A stretch of 64,000 bases of DNA from Paraspadella gotoi (Eukaryota > Animalia > Chaetognatha), in NCBI GenBank assembly GCA_051294375.1, contig CM119266.1:20624780-20688779 (forward strand). The letters are read 5' to 3'. The position numbers and the translations under genes are program-made. Under the pieces are notes generated by a model, which saw only the letters and a list, made by a program, of their open reading frames with translations, had not been told where the DNA came from and made no database searches. Shown here one piece after another: positions 42,601 through 52,200 of this stretch (the first letter of the stretch is position 1; every line of letters starts with the position of its first letter).

Positions 42601-45284
42601 ATAAAAAAGGCAACTATTTTATGATATAAACATTACAAAAGTAAAATAAATTGAAATAAATTCTAAAGTTTTTTAACTCATAAAACTCATAAAAGCATAA
42701 AAACCATCTGGAAATGTGTACAGTAGTTTATTTAGACTTATTAGTGATACAACTCCAAGTATGTACTTGTACAAAGAAGAATTAAATAAGAAGTAGAAAT
42801 GAGCTTAACTGTAAAGAATCAGTTTAAGTTAAAATTTGATTGTAGAAATTAAGCTTAAATGTAAGTTACATTTAAAAAATTTTTTCTCTTAAAAATCTAG
42901 TTTTACAAAGAAAAAATTTTGTTTAAATTTTTAAGAACTTTAGATAGCTTTTTAAAGTTTCAGTTATTTTACAAGATGTGAAAAAATGATTAGATACAGT
43001 AAGTTAGGATTTCTACAATTTAGTGAGTGATCCCTGGCCTTAATAAGAGTAGGAGTGAAATAATGCGACGCCTTTCGAGAATAACGACAATTAATCAATA
43101 GATAAAACAGGCTCAAACTTCAAAGCGATGAGCGACTCAATGAGATTAGACTGCGTAAGTAACGTGGTGACGACGAAATGGGGAACAAGGAAGGTTATCG
43201 TATCTAAGGCCTGTGACATGTCGGCCTCAAAACAAACATACTATTGCCTCCGAGAATTAGAGGGGGGGTCAATCAAGTGAGAATCACTCACAGGGAACGA
43301 CGACGACGAGATGCTTGGACTTGTCCTCCATGCCCGTGTCCAGTTCTTGAGACAGACGGAATGTCGTGTCGTTTTTCTGCTTGAAGTCAGAGGCCAGAGC
43401 GGAACGAATGTTCCCGTCTTGAAGGGAATCGTCCGTATCTTCGCTCGTCGTTCCCTCCACGTAAGAGATTCGTCCGGTGGAGATTCTGTGAGTGGCGATG
43501 GCGCCGGGTGACTGGCGACGGAACTGCTGCGTGATCGAGAGCGAGCGATCCGTTCTGGTTCGAGTTGGAGTAACATACATTAAAACTTGAGATAAACTTT
43601 AAATGATAACAAAAGCATCGATATTTAATATTAATAATTAAAAGATCAAAGAAATAAATAGTTATACAAACATACAAGGTATCGGATCCAGTGTCGGGAT
43701 TCTCGCGACAGAAATCGGCCGTCAGTTTGAGTGCAAGCGTGACTCCGCTTCTGTTGAAAATCTGTTCCAAAATCAGTATGACAAGTTAAGTATGTTTCCA
43801 GTTTTATATTTAGATTTGTATCTGATATGTATTCAAACTAATAGCTATTGTAAAACTAAAAGAAAAAATATTTCTCTTTGCTTAAATAAAGGAGTGTGGC
43901 GAATCCTGAATTACCTCCCGTATAGCTTGGTGAAACTCAGCTCGTCCCATTATTCGGACAGCTAAGTACTCGTTCACTAACCGAGAGTTACGGGAGTCAC
44001 GCTGTTTAAGTGTATGGTGTCCGCATAAACACGGCAGTGACATGGGTGATCACCCCGAAGCCCTGAGCGCCAGCTGTCGGGAAATGCATCCCACACCCCG
44101 GCTCATCACACATATCTCCTCGTTGCCATAGGACAATGATAAAAAGCATTCTACAATAAGATTTTAAGCATCACCAATGACAACCAACCATGTAGGGGGC
44201 GTTCAATCCAAGAAACGTAGTCCTCATCGATATGACCGCCTTTGAGAATTCGACGCCAAGTCGATCGAGGAGGCGGAGCAGAGCTTTGCTAAAGACGATC
44301 TCCAAGTCTTCTTCGGTCTGAGGTCGGTATGAAGAAAAGAGAGACTTTAAAATTACATTCAAAATATAAAAGGAGTATGGCAACAGCCGGGTTGCCTGTG
44401 ATGCCCATTGGGATAGAGCATCTGACGGTTGGTTTTAGGGATGGAACGTTCCACCTCTGAGCCAATGGGATTGGCTGAACAATGGTGGTGAATATATGAT
44501 GTGAATATACCGCCACAGGTGCCCCTAGTAACTTTCCCCAGTATGTATACCTATAAAGAACATACGAGATAACAAGGTAGTATAATCCCAAAGATAAAAA
44601 TAATCATGCTATATAATCTTAATCCCCAAAAAAATTATTCGTTCCCCCTTTTTGCTCGGCCTTGTAGATATTATGAGTTTTTCATTAATGATTTTTCAAC
44701 AGGAATGATGTATGATAAATAACTTTGTGTTGTGTAGATGCACCCTGTATTTTCAGAAGAGAACACAAACGTCTCCATCGAAAAAATAGATAAAATAATA
44801 TTATATTTAAAATATTTAACAAAATGGAAAAAATTATATAACAAATAGTTGTTAAAGTCATCATTAGTGGTAAGAATGAAAAAAGGAAACAAAATACTCG
44901 TATATTACATTTCTTCTGGTGTATGCGATGTAACAAGTAACTTTTCAATCTTCATAGTATTAATAAATAAAATAACCAGATTATTTAGTATTTACTTTTG
45001 TTTTGAATTTAATTTTCCTCGCCTTATTGCCATTTTTTTTCCCTCTCTCTCTCTCTCCTAATCGTTTCGATTCTTTATTCTTAACATCTTTCCTCTCTTT
45101 TTCTTTTATATCTTTAATACCTTTCTTCACTCACTCTTTTCTCTTTCTCTCTCCCCTCTATTCCCTCTTTCCTTTCCCTAACCGTGATGCTGATTGTGAA
45201 TTCCGCGGGAATTTCATCAGCCTCGGATTGTCGGGATCTTCTTTCCACTCCTGCTCCTCTTCGTCCTCTCGTTCTGGAGAGAGA

Positions 45285-45367
<83 letters not shown>

Positions 45368-48300
45368 ATTGATTATTTATTATGCTCAAAATGTGAAAGT
45401 TTAACATATAACAATACAATATTTAATGAGCTGTACATATATGTAGTTTCAATTTAAAGAAATGTTTTTATAAAATTAACAATACAATTACCAAGTGGAC
45501 AAAAGTATGCACATTGCAGCATACAATGTAAATAGTTTGGCAATTTCCAGTTGTTTACCCAAAAGATCCTGTTTCTTTTTTTAACTTTTCCACACTTTCT
45601 CTATACGAATGATGATACGCTTTAGTTCTTCTATATTATTTGAGTACATATCAGAGAGAGAGAGGGGGGGGAGAAGAGAGAGAAAGAATCGATTTTGAAG
45701 GCTGTCATCCGGACATTTTCTCGTGGTAAAATAACCGTCATGTTTCTGTTGCCTTTCAACATTCGTTGATTCTAATGAAGAACCAAAGCAACTGAGCTTC
45801 AAATCCTAACCGATTGGAGACGCTACCAGTTTTGTCTCCTATCACCACGATGGTAACCCCTGCGGGCCTTTTCATTTCTCGCGATCCTCATCGTCAAAGA
45901 CATAAACGCCCAAATGATAGTTCATTGCGGTTTTTCTCTTGCAATCAAACTGGTTGCTACGGATCAGAAAGTAAAGGTAAGGTAAGAAGTGAACGAAAAA
46001 CAAAAAAAACATAAAACAATTCGGGGATCATTCTTTTTGTCTTCACCAAGGAAAAGCTTGCGTCAAAAACCAGAAGACTTCCTCTCTACGAAACTCAAGA
46101 GTTTTTATACCGGATCTCAATCGGACGCTCAAACAGGTTTAAAATCTTTCTTAGATTCTTCCAAAGGGAGGATAACGAAAGAGAGAAAGAGAGAGAATAA
46201 ACGTTTTACATCATTATATTAACTGTGCATGAGATGACATTGAATTTTACTTCAATAGCAACATGGATGACGTCTCTACCAGCAGACGAATTTGGTTGGA
46301 CAGATATACATCCTGATTCCCACGAAAGACATAGGTTCGCGACAATCTCTATTTCTAAATTATCTATACTAAACTATCTAAACTCTTTCTAAACCCCGCA
46401 ATATAAAACAGGCGAAGAATGCTAAACAAGAGACGGGCGTGGACAAAGACAAGCTCCGCATCCCGTTTTCCCTTCAAGCAGGGCGTCCTCGTCCCGAGTC
46501 GAGTTCGTCAACCACGGCGGCGCCCCGCTCGTCAAGGTGGGCAAAGGCAAGGAGGAGCTCCTCTGCCAGAAAATGAATCCGTTCCAAGTCAAACGGTCGC
46601 GTCCGCTTCGATTGCGGAGAGGAATTCGTAACGGCAGTTTCTGGTCGATGCTGAGGATACGTCGGTGGCGAGTCACGTCTGCAAATTGGACGTCATCGGG
46701 CGGGTGAGTTCCTCGGTCTTGGGTCGATCATAAAACAATAATGACCCTCTATCGCAGTTACCTCGCCGATGGCCAGCCGGTGCGGATTGTCCAATCAAAA
46801 TAATGGCGACGACCTCACGGACGACAAATACGAAGACACGTATCGCAAAATGAATGCATAAGAATGGAGGTAAGTTTCTCGACAATTGTCTATTTTACCG
46901 TTCAACTACCTCACACTCATCCCCTGTCGCCGACAGAACTCCAAACAATCCATGGGTAGTGGTCGAGCTGAACGACGCCACGACGCGCGTCTTCGAAGTC
47001 CGCGTCCAACAACCCGACGGACCGTCTGGTCAGCTTTTTCTTTCGAAATCTGGATCACGCCGAGGCGATCTCTCCAAAGGCTTTCTCGAAAAAACAAACG
47101 GGCCAACCAGTGCGGCCCGCGGTTCACGGAAGCCACCGTCCCCGCCGCAACCCGGTCGTCTAGACTGCGGCGACGGGGCGGTGGGGAAGTTCGTCTGGTT
47201 GAGGATCTTCGAATCCTCAGTTGTGAAACTGGGGATTTGCGAACTCCAAGTATTCGGTCGAGTCGAGGGTTAGCAATTTTCGACCGGAGAGACTTCTGGT
47301 TTTATCCCAACGACTTTCTTAGAAAAGTCGTAAAGGGAGGCAACACATTTTACATAGTTATTACTATCACTTTCTGCAATATTTGATGAGAAAATCGAGT
47401 TATGGAAAATAATTTGGCGAGAAAGCGAGTTCTGTTACTTTTCACCGTTCTCGCCTATTTAGTTATAGGCTTGTCCACATGCAGCTCTAAAGGGATTGCC
47501 AAAAGTACGTCAATTATATTGTCAAACATTGGTAATTAAAAGAAATTAAATTAAAAACTTTAAACCGCTATAATAACGTACCAGGATTCTTTTTAATGTC
47601 GATATTTATGGCCCACGGTCGCAATTTGCTCGCCTCCAAGGGATCACGCTGCGTCCTGATTGGTTCCAGCAACGGTTCCCAAACAGCCATTCGCGCGTTG
47701 AGATAATGCACCTAGAAATAGAATGAAATATGCTTGGGCTCTCCAATCTCCCAATTTTTTTAGAAAAAGAAAAAAAATTTAAATGCAAACGCACCTGCAC
47801 TCTTATGACCAGGGATATGTTGAAGAGTCCCGACAATCCCTCATGTCGGACTTGATGTTAAGCTGAGCGATGAGCATGGGCACGGATTCCGACGCCGTGT
47901 CAGTCGACAGCTTGAAACGATGTTGCCCAGTTTTGACCTTGAGCTCTTCCTTATGACGCCTGCTTTCCGACGCTCAGCTTTTTCAACGGCACCACTTCGT
48001 GCCACTGATCAGAACCGAGTCGAGGCGAGTCGATTTTAAAATCTCACAATTATTTTGGAACATTGTACGAGCAAGACTACAAAAAAAAAACATCCAATCG
48101 TGTACTTGCCGTTAGTAATTTGACAAATAACTTAACACTTTCTTTAATCATCAGCAATTCGAGATATTTGTCGAATAAAATTAACGAAAAAAAAAAAAAA
48201 AAAAAATTAAGCCAAAAAAATTCACGACCCTTATTTCTAAATAAAAAAAAACACGAGCGAGCGACGTTCAAACTTGCCCGTTTCCTCGTCCGCGATTTCC

Positions 48301-49141
48301 TCCGCCTCTCCCAAAGTATCCTCGGAAGGCTGCGCGTTCCACTGCTGCAACGTCTGCAACGACGTTGTGTTCGGAAGGCTGTACTTCTTAGGCGGTCTTC
48401 GCAAGCGTTCAACTCCTCCTCCTTCGCCATCTGGCGATGCTTGTAGATGGAGAGGTCTTGTGTCGCTTGGCGAACAACCAAGAGTATTCGAGGTGGCCGA
48501 CGGGACGAAGGAACCTTGATTGTCGATAAAAGTCAAAGTCCTCACGATGACAGACCGACCTAACTTTTTAAAGGACTTCTCGGAACGAAAAAAATTTGGT
48601 GGAAGATTCCCGAGAAACAGACTCGGGACCAAGAAGAATTTAGTCTCCAAAAGTCCTCGTCGTCGTTGCTCTTCACGTCCAAATGGAAGGGCTCGTGCTT
48701 TTTCAAGAGTCCCGTCCGCCGATCGCGTTGCCTCTCTCAACGTCAACGACCTGAAGTCGAGAAATGCGATTGTGGTTTTGACCACGTAATCAGTGAGGCT
48801 TGTCCACGACAATCGAGATTTAACAGGTGAGACATCTCGCTAAATTCCATCTCCCCAACCGACAACTACGATCCCGAACCTGCTTGAGATCGGCGAGCGG
48901 CTCGGTGGCTGATGGTGAGCGTCCGAAGATCCGCGGAGAGATGTCGATTACGAGATCGGTCGAGATCCGCGTCGACGGACATGCGACCCTCGCCCATACG
49001 CACGCGACACCCGATGTTGCACGGCAGGACCGCGTGGTGTAACGCGTGCACCTTGTCCTTCGAAGCCATCATGCGAGCGTAGCGGACGAAAGATAGAGAC
49101 AGGTCTACGAGCTGCAGGGAAACCTCCATGAAGCTGGCGGC
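30092..49141 (-). CDS. VPS13: VPS13A/C-like bridge-like lipid transfer protein, multi-exon gene, 5'-truncated at the N-gap 49214-49238
   Basis: Spliced minus-strand exons are colinear with recalled human VPS13A motifs: HAVLPCNI..DLVIDISP (~48880-49141), VPMLIAQLNI (47795-~48008), VHYLNARMAVWEPLLEP..LRPW (47582-47711), EDLEIVFSK..APYM (44189-44317), SLVQLHNHMSVP (~40525-40738), HIHLRPLLVIKNNLP (39220-39580), APYWIVNQTG (38395-38507), WSDRLSMDTTGS (36416-36634), LTPYYMITN (35368-35479), YTWQN..YWVSFLNGRQRILMFTDD (34083-34364), GFGVSLVD..EVIYLGL..VSWE (33650-33844), LQIDNQ (33349-33546), GCIFP (33024-33170), LHLSFSL (32269-32478), LKSVGVALTDIQD..RHY (31998-32165), GLDFLGNPVGL..EPY (31303-31533), TLDEDYQRRR..GIVMKP (31021-31224), RPRRYI..GILHPY (30690-30855), terminal exon 30092-30618. 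Most introns have GT-AG ends. Several upstream exons carry single-base frameshifts attributed to sequence error. Confidence 0.93.
30690..32165 (-). CDS. VPS13: VPS13 exons 30690-30855, 31021-31224, 31303-31533, 31998-32165: ATG2_C/C-terminal helical region
   Basis: Contains the family hallmark GLDFLGNPVGLLKNFFEG..EPY and TLDEDYQRRR motifs and glycine-rich amphipathic helices; clean GT-AG junctions in phase. Confidence 0.95.
31668..31918 (-). mobile_element. ~250-bp GC-rich intronic element with TATGGC..GCCACA termini; no clear TSD
   Basis: Starts tatggctatggcagg and ends aactgccaca; occupies about half of intron 31534-31997; interior unrelated to the other copies. Confidence 0.5.
32269..34364 (-). 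CDS. VPS13: VPS13 exons 32269-32478, 32552-32653, 33024-33170, 33349-33546, 33650-33844, 34083-34364: end of VAB, WWE-like insert and APT1 region
   Basis: GFGVSLVD, VSWE..KYRAL..LEKAYQQ (WWE-like segment typical of the VPS13A/C branch), LQIDNQ, GCIFP, PMDLKAD, ISSIVLHLSFSL. Confidence 0.9.
34455..41166 (-). CDS. VPS13: VPS13 exons encoding VAB (SHR-binding) repeats, with a long charged insertion
   Basis: Repeated P-x-x-x-x-N motifs typical of VAB repeats: SLVQLHNH, RPLLVIKNNLP, APYWIVNQTG, TPYYMITN, APVQIVN. Exons at 34455-34544, 34733-34859, 35153-35291, 35368-35479, 36416-36634, 36705-37124, 37348-37389, 37493-37784, 38137-38269, 38395-38507, 39029-39133, 39220-39580, ~39867-40086, ~40525-40738, ~41082-41166. 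Confidence 0.85.
35571..35845. repeat. 22-bp intronic minisatellite, about 12 copies in two sub-types
   Basis: gatgataaccaaatattgatgc units followed by gatgatagtcattcattaatgc-type units. Confidence 0.85.
37149..37290 (+). mobile_element. 142-bp intronic TG..TA element (MITE or solo-LTR-like), TSD AAAC
   Basis: aaac|TGAGGCGGTATA...CAACCCGGCGGTTTCCATA|aaac; homologous to 44376-44517 and 40187-40442. Confidence 0.75.
38315..38381. repeat. 8-bp tandem repeat (gcaattga)n in a VPS13 intron
   Basis: Six or seven units visible; same in copy 2 at ~56960-57025. Confidence 0.8.
40187..40442 (-). mobile_element. 256-bp member of the same family with ~110 bp of extra internal sequence, TSD TTGT
   Basis: ttgt|TATGGCAACAGCCGGGTTGCCTGTG...TATACCACCACA|ttgt. 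Confidence 0.78.
40769..40870 (-). mobile_element. Copy of the 94-bp TG..CA dispersed repeat in a VPS13 intron
   Basis: Reverse complement reads GTGACGGAGCCTTAAACCACAAAGCCTGTCCAAAGTCAGGGCAAGAT...TACCAATTTCA. Confidence 0.6.
41210..43039. mobile_element. Non-autonomous DNA transposon, Kolobok-like (TTAA target duplication, GG termini)
   Basis: Left end TTAA|GGTCCGGGATCACTCA, right end TGAGTGATCCCTGGCC|TTAA: a 16-bp TIR with 14/16 identity. TTAA at 41206-41209 and 43040-43043. AT-rich, non-coding interior. Confidence 0.8.
41262..42780. repeat. Tandem duplication (~790 + ~730 bp) inside the Kolobok-like element
   Basis: ttcgaaggagagctcctgacgatt at ~41264 recurs at ~42056; colinear through to ...caaagaaga. 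The second unit is deletion-rich. Confidence 0.85.
43292..49141 (-). CDS. VPS13: VPS13 central exons (~43292-43584, ~43677-43761, 44189-44317, 45183-45273, 47582-47711, 47795-~48008, ~48280-48750, ~48880-49141)
   Basis: The conserved VPS13 motif (Y/H)YxN..WEPLLEP appears as VHYLNARMAVWEPLLEP, with colinear flanking exons; several frameshifts, probably sequencing indels. Confidence 0.82.
43895..44130 (+). mobile_element. 236-bp element with the same TGTGGC..GCCATA termini but a different interior, TSD GGAG/GGAC
   Basis: ggag|TGTGGCGAA...CGTTGCCATA|ggac; a GC-richer island in an AT-rich intron. Confidence 0.6.
44376..44517 (-). mobile_element. 142-bp member of the same family, degenerate TSD GGAG/GGTG
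   Basis: TATGGCAACAGCCGGGTTGCCTGTGAT identical to the start of the 40187 copy; ends TATACCGCCACA. Confidence 0.75.
46412..47273 (+). CDS. Nested antisense gene with F-type lectin (FTP)/F5/8 type C discoidin-like domain(s), probably two in tandem; 5' exons uncertain (possibly from ~45700)
   Basis: Plus-strand exons 46412-46703, 46758-46869 and 46937-47273 with AG/GT ends (cgg|gtgagt, gag|gtaagt). Last exon: NNPWVVVEL..V.EVRV...LDCGDGAVGKFVWLRI....LGICELQVFG-stop, matching the FTP pattern NPWWxVDL..C..G.YV.I...L.LCEVEV. The first of these exons ends RFDCGEEFVT..HVCKLDVIGR, a second domain C-terminus. Frameshifts present. Confidence 0.7.
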
Positions 49142-49238
49142 CTGAAGTGGCGAAAAGAAAAAGCTTGTTCTGGTAGTATGTATGTCAATGTATGTACAGT
49201 TTACACAGTACGANNNNNNNNNNNNNNNNNNNNNNNNN

Positions 49239-52200
49239 AATCATTATATATTGATACCTCATCAGTTTACCTTGCGCTAAATAAGGATGTAAAGATCCCG
49301 CTGGGCTTGATGTACTCCGCGGTCTAAGCTGCAACAGCTGCGTCCCATTCGAGATTGATACCTGACGCCTTCGAGAGTCCGTAAGTAAGGAGATCAAAAG
49401 TGCCAGCCAGAGGGCGCGCGATAAAACCCATGATAACCTGAAAACAAAGTGAACATCGAGGGGTAAAAACAGAGAAGCGAGTCTCAACAGTCTCTCTAAT
49501 CAGTCTCTGTCTCTCTTAGATAACGAGATGGCTCTCGGTGAATAGCGAAACTTTTTGGCAAAACGGACGAAATCAAAAAACACTTAATCAGACACGAAGC
49601 CGACCTGGGGCTGTCCCTTGAGGAACGTTGCCGCTGTTCCTTTTCGCATTGAGAGGCTTCATCACGATTCCGGAGAAACCCTCGCCGAAGCCGAGAAGGC
49701 AGGCCTTCAGACGCGGGACGAAGCCCTCCGTCAAATCATTGGGGGGCGTTTTGATGCGTCTTCCCGACGACGCGCTGGTAACTCCTCGTCGAGGGTCCAA
49801 AGCGGCGAAGGCCTAAATGATCGAAGAATCGTCAGTTTGTCTATCACTTTCAGTATGTCAGTCTCCCTCTTTTCTCTCCGTCTCCCCTGACCTTGCCCCG
49901 AACGATCCCGGTCAGCAAACCGGCCGAGTGCGCCGTGCCCCCGATGATGCAGCCAAGAGAACGTGTTTGAAGCCCATGGCCATCCCTCTCCAGCGTCTCG
50001 CCCTCTCCGTAGCCGCGATAAGGCTCCACGACGACGTGCTTTGAATCCCTCGAAGAAGTTCTTGAGAAGACCCGACGGGGTTGCCCAAGAAATCGAGTCC
50101 GAACATAAACACGTGCATGTTTTGCATCGCCTGGCGCAAAGGAAAGAAAAAGGAAAGGAGTCGTCCTCTTAGTTCTAATCGTTATTGGCTTCGTTGTTAT
50201 CGTTATCGTCGTCTCTTCTGTTTTGCTACCCCGATATTTTAAATGATTTCCTTTTTTCACTTTAAATTGTCTATTATGGCTAATGGCAGGAGCGCGAGGC
50301 GCGAGGCGCGGGGCCCTGGTTATCTCACTAACTGGCGTAGGGGCTGCGCACTCTTGTTACTGGCACATTTAAACCGGTTCTGTCACATTAAAGCCGGAGC
50401 CGGGATCCCTCGGGATTGACGGCGCGGATAGGACGAGACGATTTAGCCTGCTCCGCCATTGAGACGAGACTGCCAGTGAGGAATGACACTGGGACAGCGG
50501 TGGGGCACTTTAAGTGAACTGCCACAACAAGTAGCTTTAAAATTTGTAAATCGAGGCAATTTATGAATTCATTTTGGAATACATTTAATTACCTATAACA
50601 ATTTTAACCTGAACGGCGTAGTGTCTGACGCATTCTCTGACCGAGCGCTGCTGTGGCTGAGAAAGGCGTTCTGCTTGCCGAAGCCGCTTGAGGCTAAACT
50701 CGATGTCTTGAATGTCGGTCAAGGCCACGCCCACGCTCTTCAGGAAAAGATTCCCGCTGACCAGTTGGGGGTTGAGACCCTGGAAAAAAGAAGGGGGGGT
50801 TTATTTACGGCTTACAGTTTAGGGTGGATCCATGACCCAGGCGACTCAAAAAAAAAAAAAAAAAAAAAGTCTAAGGACAACCGCGAGACCTCGCGTGTGC
50901 TGCTGCGGCTTCTCGTCCTTTGGGTCCTCGAAATCTTGAGTGTCCATCGGCTCCTGAAAGACGTTCGCCGCGAAAGAGAGAAGCCTGAGGTGCAGCACGA
51001 TCGACGAGATATCGAGGTCGTCGAAGAAGTTGGCGCCGCGTCGGCGGAGCTCCCACTCGCGGGCGTAGGCTATCAAAGGCTTCAACCGCTTCCGCCATGT
51101 CGCCTGCGGTGGGCGTGGCGGAGGTGAGGCGGACGAAAGATACTTATCCAATTCTTAGAAAGACTCAAAGGCGAACCTTGAAGCTTATTTCCCGAGGATC
51201 CGTCGGGAAGATTGAAGAAATTGGACGATTCCGTTGATGAGGACCCAATCCGCCTTGAGGTCCATCGGTTTGATATCCACCTGTCGTTCAAATTGAAAAA
51301 AAAAGTTGTCAATGGAAATAAATACAATAGTCAATCAGATTGAGATGGAGAGTAAATTGTAAACAAACTCGCAAAGGTAAAATAACAAATAACATATTGC
51401 CAGTGTTGTCGCTAAAATGTTTTCTCGATTTCTATAAGTAAAAAAAATTAGCCCTAAAATTCTTTAAAATACTAGTTTTATAACAATTAAAAAATGTTAA
51501 ATAGAAATCAAAATGCTTAAACAATCAGGAAGCAAAACTAAAAGTCTCTGACTTTAGACTTTAGGACAAATAAAAAGCGTGTAAGAAATAAAAGACAAAA
51601 GTTACTATAAATTATAAAAAGAAATAAAAATAGTGATAAAGAAGTTGACCCGGAACGTCTTGATCTGTTTACGTCGCTCATATCGAAGGTTTCTGACGGC
51701 GATCCGGATATCAACGAAAGAGGGGGATGGGCGCTCGTCTGATCGACATTGGAGTCATGCGCGGAGCGAAATGTCGTCGGAAAGGATGCACCCGTCCTTA
51801 AGTTATTTTTTTTTTTTTATATTATATTTATTTTTATTTCTCCCTTTCTCTCTTTCTTTCTTTCTTATTTTCTTTTCTTTCTTTTCTTTCTTGTCTTCTT
51901 CTTTCTTTTCTTTCTTTCTTTCTTTTTCTCTCTCTTTCCTTGTTGTTCGTATCCTTGTTTTCTCTTTTTTTAATTCCTTCTATCCTTTTATCTTTCTTCG
52001 ACTTTCACAATTCCACCTGTTGGTTGTCTATTTGCAACTTATGAAAGAACGCAATGTAGCGAAAAAGTGTGAGCCGATAGCTTGAGCCGAATAGCGATTC
52101 CCGGCTGATATCGGCGCCGGATGCGGGTGATGTCCGGCGCCAGCATGTAGAGGACGCGGAGAAGTCGATCTGCATCAAACCCCGCTTTCACGATTCCGAA

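Noticed and set aside
48237-49129. ORFs that might be a retroelement or separate gene
   Set aside because: No RT or integrase motifs; after splicing they are colinear with the VPS13 central region upstream of the WEPLLEP exon.
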